This document shows, piece after piece, positions 16,540 to 24,293 of a stretch of 28,085 bases of DNA. The stretch is from the IMG/VR virus record IMGVR_UViG_3300049982_000030, positions 1 through 28,085 of that record; one strand, given 5' to 3'. Each line of letters starts with the position of its first letter. Position 1 is the stretch's first letter. Made by a program: the position numbers and the translations under genes. The stretch comes from a virus (Duplodnaviria > Caudoviricetes). The notes under the pieces were generated by a model. It had not been told where the DNA came from and ran no database searches. It saw only the letters and a list, made by a program, of their open reading frames with translations.

Positions 16540-16856
16540 GCGCGGTTGAACTGGAGGCGCAGGCGCTGGTGGATCCGTTGCTCATCACGCACCTTGACGA
16601 GGACTGGGCTGTGCCGTGCGAGTCGAAGCGGCACTACACCAGCGGCTGCAAGGGCCTCAATCCGGCCGAATGGACGCTCCAGTTCGTCGGCTGCTGCCCG
16701 CGGTCGCCGCTCGGGTTCATGCTCTGCGAGCCGTGTAAAGCCAAGCTGCTCGCCGACCCGGCGATGTGGTGCAACCACTGCTCGGCCGTATTCCAGCCGC
16801 CGTCGACCGCGTTCCGCCTGATCGAACCCCTGAACCGGAGGACGCCGCATGCCTGA
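16536..16856 (+). CDS. Cys-rich hypothetical protein
   Basis: ATG 16536; CES..H...C, CC, CEPC, CNHC. Confidence 0.65.
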   Translation: MSAVELEAQALVDPLLITHLDEDWAVPCESKRHYTSGCKGLNPAEWTLQFVGCCPRSPLGFMLCEPCKAKLLADPAMWCNHCSAVFQPPSTAFRLIEPLNRRTPHA

Positions 16857-17739
16857 GACCGAGGAACGCTTCACGACCTCACTGGAGCACGTCAGCAGGG
16901 TGGAAGCCCTAGAGGCCGCCAGCGGCCTTCTAAGGCTCCAAACCGCCTACACGGCCCACGCCCCATCCGAGTGCCTGAACGGCTGCGAGAGCCGCCAAAG
17001 CTCGCCAGCGAGCAAGGTCCACTGCGAACCCGGCCAGCTTCTCTGCCCAAGATGCGGCGCGAGGGTGGACAAGTGGCTCCGGGCCATCCCCGACGCGTTC
17101 GGCCGCCTGCTCTGGGTCAAGGACCACGGCACCGTCCAAGCAGACCCCGGCACCAAGCACACCAAACGCCCCGACCCGCCCGCCCCCATGCGGCTCGAAG
17201 TCACCGACCTCCTCGACACCAGAGACGGCCGCGGCGTGCTCGGCGTAGTCCACTCGTGGGCCGAACTCGTCCGCGACCAGCGCCACGACACCAGGCCCTG
17301 CACCTGCAGCCACGCCCGGCCGTCCCACACCGAGAACCGGTGCTCCGCGATCGGCTGCGCCTGCCACGACTACACGCCCGTCACAGCCACCGTCACCCGC
17401 GAATGCGCCTACCTGATCACCAACCTCCCGTGGTGCACGCAGCAGGAGTTCGCCGGCGACCTGTACAGCGAGATCAAGCAGCTCGCCCGCACCCTCGACG
17501 ACACGATCGGCGAGTACCGGCCCAAGCCCGTCGGGTCCTGCGCTGCACTGCGCGACATGCCCGACTCGACCGTGCAGGTGCTCTGCGGGGGAGCACTCGT
17601 CATGGAGAAAGAATCCCGGTCCGTCAAGTGCTTGCGCTGCGGCAGCAGGCACGAAGCCAACGAGCAGCTGCGGGCGCTCGGGCTGATCGTGGGTGCGATG
17701 TTCGGGGACAATGGCAACAACCACCTGGAGGCATCATGA
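16849..17739 (+). CDS. Multi-zinc-finger protein, candidate late-gene regulator
   Basis: SD GGAGG; LCPRC, PPAPMRLEV.DLLD, SWAELVR, GSC...CGGAL...CLRCG; family typically ends actinophage early operons. Function is inference. Confidence 0.7.
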   Translation: MPETEERFTTSLEHVSRVEALEAASGLLRLQTAYTAHAPSECLNGCESRQSSPASKVHCEPGQLLCPRCGARVDKWLRAIPDAFGRLLWVKDHGTVQADPGTKHTKRPDPPAPMRLEVTDLLDTRDGRGVLGVVHSWAELVRDQRHDTRPCTCSHARPSHTENRCSAIGCACHDYTPVTATVTRECAYLITNLPWCTQQEFAGDLYSEIKQLARTLDDTIGEYRPKPVGSCAALRDMPDSTVQVLCGGALVMEKESRSVKCLRCGSRHEANEQLRALGLIVGAMFGDNGNNHLEAS

Positions 17740-17966
17740 AGCAACGGATCGCCAACGCTCTCCGGAGCATGGCGGACAGGCTCGACCCGCCGCCGCCACC
17801 AGCCCTGGCTCCCCAGACATTCAGGATCACCGAGCCGGTGTTCTCGCCCGAGCAGGTGGCCCGCATCGGCAAGCAGATCGCCGAGGTCATGAAGAACCGC
17901 CCGAAGCTCAACATCCCAGTCCTACCGAGCCCGCCCGCACCCCCAGCACCCCGGAGGCTGAAATGA
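17736..17966 (+). CDS. Pro-rich hypothetical protein
   Basis: SD GGAGG; ATGA overlaps. Confidence 0.6.
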   Translation: MKQRIANALRSMADRLDPPPPPALAPQTFRITEPVFSPEQVARIGKQIAEVMKNRPKLNIPVLPSPPAPPAPRRLK

Positions 17967-18286
17967 CCACGCCAGCATGGACCGTCCGCGTAGCCGGCGG
18001 CGACGCACCCACCGCGCTCATCGTCGAACGCCCAGACGGGTCGATCGTCACCGAAGCCGACGAGCAGGAGCTGTACACCCTCATCAACGGGCAGCCCGAA
18101 GAGCCCACCGACCCGAACCGGCCGCCTGGCCTGTCGAATGGGCACTGCCTGATCACCGAGGAGCACACGCCGCATGTCGCGACGATGACCGGTGACGACG
18201 GGAGCCCCATCGAGTTCTGGTGCACGGGAGAGGCATCGCCTGAGGCTGAGGCTGAGGCTGCGGCGGTCGAGGACGGCGAGGGCTGA
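17963..18286 (+). CDS. Acidic hypothetical protein
   Basis: SD GGAGG; ATG 17963; C...H..H...C cluster. Confidence 0.6.
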   Translation: MTTPAWTVRVAGGDAPTALIVERPDGSIVTEADEQELYTLINGQPEEPTDPNRPPGLSNGHCLITEEHTPHVATMTGDDGSPIEFWCTGEASPEAEAEAAAVEDGEG

Positions 18287-18501
18287 TGCAGGACGGCTTC
18301 GTGCCCGTCTGGGCTGGCACAGACTCGGGTTCCCTGATCGGGCACGTGATCAAGTTCAACCGTCGCACAGGGAAGCTCACGATCCAGTTCACCGACCCGG
18401 AGGTCGTGCAGGAACTGGACGAGGGGGAGCGGATCGGGCTGGGGTTGTCGATGCACGAGGTCCGAGAACCTCGGAGGCGGCTGCGTGACGGCGAGGACTG
18501 A
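18286..18501 (+). CDS. Hypothetical protein
   Basis: TGATG overlap; GC3 bias. Confidence 0.6.
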   Translation: MQDGFVPVWAGTDSGSLIGHVIKFNRRTGKLTIQFTDPEVVQELDEGERIGLGLSMHEVREPRRRLRDGED

Positions 18502-18525
18502 TCCGGTTGCAGCCAGACTGCGACA

Positions 18526-18870
18526 ATGGGTGACATGACCGAGCCTCCAGCACCAGGTGACACAGCCCGAATGACCCTGAGTATCGGCGGGCAGGTCTCG
18601 CCCGAGGTCGCCGCCGTCCAGCACCTGTGGCAGAAGCGGCCTATCCCACCCGAACTGGCGTCGGACCAGCCGCGAACGATCGACGAGTGGCTGGTGACAG
18701 GTGACCCCGGAGGCGGGTATCCGCCGTACCGGTACACGTGGCGAAGCGACGAGTACGCCGACCCTGAGGCCGGAGCGCGCGCCCACATAGCTCTCGTCGG
18801 GGAGTGGGTTGATGGCCCGCATCTGTCGCACCGGACGGTGACGTACAGCGGCTGGGAGTCGGTGCTGTGA
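18526..18870 (+). CDS. Hypothetical protein
   Basis: ORF coupled to the next gene; start uncertain (18526, 18535 or later). Confidence 0.55.
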   Translation: MGDMTEPPAPGDTARMTLSIGGQVSPEVAAVQHLWQKRPIPPELASDQPRTIDEWLVTGDPGGGYPPYRYTWRSDEYADPEAGARAHIALVGEWVDGPHLSHRTVTYSGWESVL

Positions 18871-19097
18871 GCGGCACGTTGGAGCCGCGCGACGTGGTTG
18901 TGAAGGGTGCGCTCAACCTGCACGTGTTCCGGCAGCGGCTCACCGCCCTGGGCGTCCCGTTCCAGGTTGTGCCGCTGTCCGGCGACGTGCCCGCCGAGAA
19001 CTTCACCGCCTACTACCGAGACCGCACCGTCCGGATCACCGCCACGGGCGAGCAGTGGGTTGAGATCGAGCAGTGGCTAGCCGGGAGGCCCTTGTGA
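18867..19097 (+). CDS. Hypothetical protein
   Basis: GTGA overlap; SD GGGAG. Confidence 0.6.
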   Translation: MSGTLEPRDVVVKGALNLHVFRQRLTALGVPFQVVPLSGDVPAENFTAYYRDRTVRITATGEQWVEIEQWLAGRPL

Positions 19098-19185
19098 CTG
19101 GCACTGATATGCCACGCGGATCTTGGGGGGTAGACGCGAGATCCGCACATACGAGCCGCACGCGGCCTACAACCACGGGGGACCT

Positions 19186-19383
19186 GTGACCGACGCTCGC
19201 CTCATCCCGCCTCCAGCGGTCCTGGCGTACTGCTCCCGCTGCCACGCGACGAGGACCCTCCGCCTGCACGAGGCCGACATGGAGCGGCAGATCCACCAGT
19301 ACGCCTGCACGCACTGCGGTTGGCAGGGAGCGGAGATCACCTCGGAGTTCGCCCGCGACCTGCCTCAACCAACGGGGGATTGA
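19186..19383 (+). CDS. Small zinc-ribbon protein
   Basis: GTG 19186 after GGGGGA; CSRC...CTHCG. Confidence 0.6.
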   Translation: MTDARLIPPPAVLAYCSRCHATRTLRLHEADMERQIHQYACTHCGWQGAEITSEFARDLPQPTGD

Positions 19384-19652
19384 TGACCGACACCTGCGCC
19401 TGCTCGACCAACCCGGAGCCGCATGACCACCGGTACCTGCGACCGCTCCAGGTCGCTGCGCTGGTCGGCCGGCCGTTCCAGACCATCGACTCGTGGCGGA
19501 AACGCGGAGACCTGCCCCAGATGGGGGAGGGGTACGGGCAGCGGAGGGTGTGCGTCTGCTGCGCTGCGGGGCTCGCCACGACGACCGCTGTGAGGTGGTC
19601 GAAGCGTGCCCGTCGGGGAGGCTACAAGTCGCCTCGGAGGGCTGCCGCATGA
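19383..19652 (+). CDS. MerR/Xis-like HTH protein with Cys clusters
   Basis: LRPLQVAALVGRPFQTIDSWRKRGDL; TGATG overlap. Confidence 0.65.
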   Translation: MTDTCACSTNPEPHDHRYLRPLQVAALVGRPFQTIDSWRKRGDLPQMGEGYGQRRVCVCCAAGLATTTAVRWSKRARRGGYKSPRRAAA

Positions 19653-19659
19653 CCTCGGT

Positions 19660-19728
19660 GTCAAGTAACGCTTGACGGAATGTCGCGCGTCACTTGACAG
19701 CCCCCGCACGCTCGTGAACTAATTCACG
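19660..19728 (+). promoter_or_regulatory. tRNA/late promoter region with two operator-like sites and a CRP-like palindrome
   Basis: GTCAAG-TAACG-CTTGAC (19660-19676), GTCGCG-CGTCA-CTTGAC (19682-19698), TTGACA (19694-19699), CGTGA-N6-TCACG (19713-19728). Confidence 0.6.
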
Positions 19729-19757
19729 GCAGCGGCAGAGGTATCTCTGCCACCCGC

Positions 19758-19831
19758 AGCAGAGTGGAGCAGTTCGGTAGCTCGCTGGGCCCATAACCCA
19801 GAGGTCGCCGGTTCAAATCCGGTCTCTGCCA
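19758..19831 (+). tRNA. Initiator-type tRNA-Met (CAT)
   Basis: Full cloverleaf: acceptor GCAGAG/CTCTGC with a 1:72 mismatch, D stem GAGC/GCTC (A11:U24), anticodon stem CTGGG/CCCAG with three G:C pairs, T loop TTCAAAT, A73; CCA not encoded. Confidence 0.93.
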
Positions 19832-19894
19832 CGAACAACCCGCGCCCCCACGCAGCGCGGCAGGCCCCACGACTTCGACCCCGTGGCTGGCCAA

Positions 19895-19935
19895 GCGAAG
19901 GCCCCGACTCACCACCTGAGAGCCGGGGCCTTCGC
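19895..19935 (+). terminator. Strong GC hairpin, probable intrinsic terminator or attenuator
   Basis: GCGAAGGCCCCG...CGGGGCCTTCGC 12-bp stem extended by CTC/GAG; no clear U-tract. Confidence 0.6.
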
Positions 19936-19996
19936 CATTCCAGCGCCCCGGGCCTGACTACGGAAGGGACCGGGAGCAAGCCGAGGAGGGCAGCCG

Positions 19997-21484
19997 ATGA
20001 CCGCGCTGTCCGCCTTCGAATACGCCGCCCGCATGTTCGCCGAACCCGAACGCAAGTACGCCACCCCCGGTGAGTTGGCCCGGGCGCTCGACCCGCGCAC
20101 CGTGCAAACCCCGGCGCTCGATCTGATCGACGAGGCGCTCGTCGAACTGTTCAACACCCCCGACGGCCGGCTCATCATCAGCATGCCGCCGCAGGAGGGG
20201 AAGTCGACCCGGGTCGCGAAAGACTTCGTCACCTGGGTCCACACCATGAACCCGGGCTGCCGGGTCGTCACCGCGTCGTACGGGCAAGGCCTGGCCAACC
20301 GCAACGGCCTCGCACTCCGCCGCAACATCAGCGACCACCCGCAACTCGGCCTCGCAGTCGCCCCGGACAACGGCGCGAAACACGAGTGGGAGATCGCCCA
20401 GCATCGCGGCGGTGTCCTCGCAGTCGGCATCGGTGCCGGTGTCACCGGCCGCCCCGCCGACATGCTGGTCATCGACGACCCGATCAAGGACCGCAAGGAA
20501 GCCGACTCGGCGCTGATCCGGGAGAACATCTGGGACTGGTGGATCGAGGTTGCCTCCACCCGCCTCGCACCCGGCGCACCTGTCGTACTGATCCTGACCC
20601 GCTGGCACGAGGACGATCTGGCCGGCCGGCTCAAGGAGGCTGAAGACGGCCACCTGTGGCAAGTCCTCAATATCCCGGCGCAGGCTGACCATGACCCGGG
20701 GAAGGGCGAGACTGACGCGCTTGACCGCGAGCCGGGTGAGTTCATGGTGTCCGCCCGTGGCCGCACGATCGCCCAATGGGAAGCGATCAAGACCCGCGTC
20801 GGCTCCCGCACCTGGAACGCCCTCTACCAAGGCAGGCCATCACCGGCCGAGGGCGGCATGTTCAAGCGGGACCACTGGCGCGAGTACGACGTACCGCTGT
20901 GGCTGGTCCGCGACGACGGGGCACACATTGTCACCCACGCCGACGAGATCCTCGCGTCCTGGGACATGACATTCAAAGACACCGCATCAAGCGACTTCGT
21001 CGTCGGGCAGGTGTGGATGCGGCGCGGCGCCGAAGCGTTCCTGCTGGACCAGGTCCGTGGCCGCATGGACTTCGTCACCACCTGCGCCCGGTTCCGTGAG
21101 TTCTCCGCGAAGTGGCCGCAGGCAACACTCAAGCTCGTCGAGGACAAAGCCAACGGCACCGCGGTCATCAACGCGCTGCGCCGCATCGTGTCCGGCATCG
21201 TCCCCGAAGAACCGCACGGCTCGAAGGAAGCACGCGCCGCCGCCGTCACCCCGCTGGTTGAAGCAGGCAACGTGTGGCTGCCATCACCCGAACTCGCCCC
21301 GTGGATCGGTGACCTGATCGAAGAAGCCGCTGCGTTCCCCACCGGTGCTCATGACGACCAAGTCGACGGACTGTCCCAAGCATTGAACCGGCTCATCCTC
21401 GCGCCGCTGCTCGACGGCTCCCTGGTCGAGCCCGACGAGTTCGACGAACTCGACACCGCCGGCTACGCCATCAGCCCCTACTGA
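19997..21484 (+). CDS. terL: Terminase large subunit
   Basis: Walker A MPPQEGKS, Walker B LVIDDP, TRWHEDDL, LYQGRP, nuclease SWD...EDKANG...HDDQVD; SD GAGGAGG. Confidence 0.96.
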   Translation: MTALSAFEYAARMFAEPERKYATPGELARALDPRTVQTPALDLIDEALVELFNTPDGRLIISMPPQEGKSTRVAKDFVTWVHTMNPGCRVVTASYGQGLANRNGLALRRNISDHPQLGLAVAPDNGAKHEWEIAQHRGGVLAVGIGAGVTGRPADMLVIDDPIKDRKEADSALIRENIWDWWIEVASTRLAPGAPVVLILTRWHEDDLAGRLKEAEDGHLWQVLNIPAQADHDPGKGETDALDREPGEFMVSARGRTIAQWEAIKTRVGSRTWNALYQGRPSPAEGGMFKRDHWREYDVPLWLVRDDGAHIVTHADEILASWDMTFKDTASSDFVVGQVWMRRGAEAFLLDQVRGRMDFVTTCARFREFSAKWPQATLKLVEDKANGTAVINALRRIVSGIVPEEPHGSKEARAAAVTPLVEAGNVWLPSPELAPWIGDLIEEAAAFPTGAHDDQVDGLSQALNRLILAPLLDGSLVEPDEFDELDTAGYAISPY

Positions 21485-21503
21485 CCCCGAGGAGGTGACC
21501 CGC

Positions 21504-23159
21504 ATGGCCGACTGGACACAGCCCACCCTCGACGACCACCTCACCGAGGTCGCGACGCTGCGGGAAACGCACCTGCTCGAACAGCTGGACGCGTCGCACA
21601 ACACCGTCGAGATCCTCCGCGAATCCCTCGCCGACGTACAGCTCGCGTTCGAAGACCGCGGCTGGCTGCAGCTCACCCTGCAGGCCCAGAACGAACTCTC
21701 CCCTGCGGGCCGGAAACGGATCCGGGACCTGTCCCGCGTGATGGCGATCATGAACCCGCTGATCAAGCGCGGGCTGTCGCTGCGGAAGGCCTACATCTGG
21801 GGCCAGGGCGTCGACATCACGGTCCGGGACCAGTCCGACAAAGGCCAGGACGTCAACGCCGTGGTGCAGACGTTCCTGGAGGACAAGTCGAACAAGGCCA
21901 CGTTCTCCGGGTCGCAGGCCCGCGAGGAGATGGAGCAGGCCGCCTACACCGACGGTGAACTGGCGGCTGCCCTGTTCACTGACCCGCTCGACGGGACGGT
22001 GCTGCTCAGGTGGGTGCCGGTCGAGGAGATCACCGACGTGATCACCGACCCCGAGGATCAGGTGACGCACCAGTACTACCGGCGCGAGTACACCGAACGG
22101 TTCGTGTCGGGCGGCCAGGTCGTGCAGCTGCTGCGGACCGTGTACTACCCGGCGCTCGGCTATGAGCCGCGGGTGAAGCCGTCCACGATCGGCGGCGCCG
22201 AGGTCCTGTGGAACGCGCCCGTCCGCATGGTCGCCGTGAACCGTCCGACCCGCGGCACACGCGGCATCCCGGACGCGTTCGCCGCGATCCCGTGGGCCCG
22301 CTCGTACAAGGAGTTCCTCGAGCAGTGGGCCGTGCTGATGAAGTCGCTGGCCCGGTTCGCGTGGCAGACGAAGACCCGCGGCGACCGCGCGAAGGCTGTC
22401 GCGGCGAAGACCTCGGCCGCGCCGACCACTGACGTGTTGCGTGGCGGCAACCCGTCCGGTGCCGGAGCGACCGCGGTCACGGACCCGAACACTTCGCTCG
22501 AGGCGATCCCGAAGACCGGCGCCACGATCGACGCCGACTCCGGCCGGCCACTCGCCGCGATGACCGCTGCCGCGCTGGACGTGCCGGTGACGATGCTGCT
22601 CGGCGACCCCGGCATGAACGGGGCACGTGCGGTCGCGGAGACCCTCGATGAGCCGACGCAGTTGACGATGAACCTGCGCAGGGACCTGTGGGGCGAGTTC
22701 ATGCTCGACGTCCTGAACCACGTCATCGACTGGGCGATCCAGGCACCCAAGGGCGCGTTGAAGGGGAAGGTTTCCCGGGTTGGCGATCGCGTCATCCGCG
22801 AGCTCCCCGAGAACGATGACCGGTCGATCGACATCACGTGGCCGGACTTCGACTCGACTCCGGTCGAGACGCTGGTGAAGGCGATCGTCGAGGCGGACGG
22901 CACGATGAAGATGCCGCCGCTCGTCACGCTGCGGCTGCTGCTGACCGCGTTGAAGGTCGACAACATCGACGAGGTCCTCGACGAGATGACCGATGACGAC
23001 GGCAACTTCATCGACCCGGAAGTCAACGCTGGACAAGTCGCGGTGAACCAGTTCCGGGCCGGGCAGGATCCGGCTGCCGCATTGAACGGTGCACCGCAGG
23101 ACCAGACGCCGTCTGCCGACCAGTCGAAGCCGAAGCCGCCGCCGAAGCCCAAGGCGTAA
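21504..23159 (+). CDS. Portal protein
   Basis: Follows TerL, about 550 aa; NPLIKRGLSLR..YIWGQG, DGEL motif; GGAGG favours ATG 21504 over GTG 21495. Confidence 0.88.
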   Translation: MADWTQPTLDDHLTEVATLRETHLLEQLDASHNTVEILRESLADVQLAFEDRGWLQLTLQAQNELSPAGRKRIRDLSRVMAIMNPLIKRGLSLRKAYIWGQGVDITVRDQSDKGQDVNAVVQTFLEDKSNKATFSGSQAREEMEQAAYTDGELAAALFTDPLDGTVLLRWVPVEEITDVITDPEDQVTHQYYRREYTERFVSGGQVVQLLRTVYYPALGYEPRVKPSTIGGAEVLWNAPVRMVAVNRPTRGTRGIPDAFAAIPWARSYKEFLEQWAVLMKSLARFAWQTKTRGDRAKAVAAKTSAAPTTDVLRGGNPSGAGATAVTDPNTSLEAIPKTGATIDADSGRPLAAMTAAALDVPVTMLLGDPGMNGARAVAETLDEPTQLTMNLRRDLWGEFMLDVLNHVIDWAIQAPKGALKGKVSRVGDRVIRELPENDDRSIDITWPDFDSTPVETLVKAIVEADGTMKMPPLVTLRLLLTALKVDNIDEVLDEMTDDDGNFIDPEVNAGQVAVNQFRAGQDPAAALNGAPQDQTPSADQSKPKPPPKPKA

Positions 23160-23162
23160 CCG

Positions 23163-24215
23163 GTGGCGATCACCGCGAAGACGGTGCGCCTCACGCAGCA
23201 ACTGCGCCGCGACCTGCTGAAGATCACCGACGAGCAGGCCCGGAAGCTCACCGCAGCGTGGGTGGACGCCTGGGATCTCGTGTCGACCGATCTCGATGCC
23301 GCGGTCAACGAACTCGTCACGAACGCTAACGGCGGCATCCTGTCCCGCGCCACCGTGCTCCGGTCGCGGCGTCTGCAGATCGCGCTGCAGGCCATCGCCA
23401 GCAGGCTCGACGCGCTCACCACCGACAGCGGGCGGCTGATCACCGACGACCTCGCCGAGGTTGTGCGCACGGCCGGCGAGGCGCAGGAGGCGATCATCGC
23501 GTCGCAGCTCCCGACGGCCAAGCTTCCCGACCTGGCCGGCTGGGTGAAGCCGGACGCGAAGGCGCTCGACGCGATCGTGAAGCGGTCCACCGAACGGATC
23601 ACGTCGGAGCTGTGGCCGCTGTCGTCGGAGGCTGACGCGGTCATCCGCCGCGAACTGGTCCGGGGCATCGCTACGGGATCGAACCCGCGCAGTACGGCCA
23701 GCCGGATCATGAAGGGCGCCGAGGGCGGCTTCAACGGGGGACTCAGCCGGGCGTTGACTATCGCACGGACCGAGACCTTAGATTCGCATCGCGCTGCCGC
23801 AGCCGAATCCCATGCCGCCAACGCTGACGTGCTCGGCGGCTGGGTGTGGCTTACCGACCTGTCGCCCCGCACCTGCCCCGCCTGCCTCGGCATGTCCGGC
23901 ACCGAGCATCCGCTCACCGAACCGGGCCCGCTGGGTCACCCGAACTGCCGGTGTTCACGCATGCCGAAGGCGAAGACGTGGCGTGACCTCGGCATCGACC
24001 TCGACGAGCCCGAGTCGGCAGCGCCTGACGCGGGGGAGTGGTTCGCGGGGCAGGACGAGAAGACGCAGCGGGCGATCCTCGGCGCCGGCCGGTATGCCGC
24101 CTGGCAGCGCGGCGACTACCCGATGGACGCCTGGGCGGTGAAGGTCCAGAACCCCGCTTGGCGGTCGAGCTACCAGACCTCAAAACTGGCCGGTTCGAGC
24201 CGGAAACCCCTGTAG
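23163..24215 (+). CDS. MuF-like minor head morphogenesis protein
   Basis: RALTIARTET...RTCPAC...HPNCRC signature. Confidence 0.9.
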   Translation: MAITAKTVRLTQQLRRDLLKITDEQARKLTAAWVDAWDLVSTDLDAAVNELVTNANGGILSRATVLRSRRLQIALQAIASRLDALTTDSGRLITDDLAEVVRTAGEAQEAIIASQLPTAKLPDLAGWVKPDAKALDAIVKRSTERITSELWPLSSEADAVIRRELVRGIATGSNPRSTASRIMKGAEGGFNGGLSRALTIARTETLDSHRAAAAESHAANADVLGGWVWLTDLSPRTCPACLGMSGTEHPLTEPGPLGHPNCRCSRMPKAKTWRDLGIDLDEPESAAPDAGEWFAGQDEKTQRAILGAGRYAAWQRGDYPMDAWAVKVQNPAWRSSYQTSKLAGSSRKPL

Positions 24216-24287
24216 AATAAGGGCAAATAAGTGGGTCCCAGGTGCGCTAACACCTGAGACCCTTACCGACCACCTGGGTAAGAGGTG
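24213..24287 (+). promoter_or_regulatory. HNH leader: -10 box and structured 5' UTR
   Basis: TAGAAT at 24213-24218; hairpin GGGTCCCAGGTG-CGCTAA-CACCTGAGACCC (24233-24262). Confidence 0.55.
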
Positions 24288-24293
24288 AACGGC

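Noticed and set aside
18241-18260. TGAGGC x3 short repeat
   Set aside because: Encodes low-complexity EAEAEA in an acidic tail.
19758-19832. tRNA as a prophage attachment boundary
   Set aside because: Phage genes continue on both sides with normal early-to-late synteny and there is no adjacent integrase.
21471-23917. Long antisense ORFs (576 aa and 585 aa) opposite portal and MuF
   Set aside because: Stop-poor shadow frames expected in high-GC coding DNA; Arg- or Ser-rich with no motifs.
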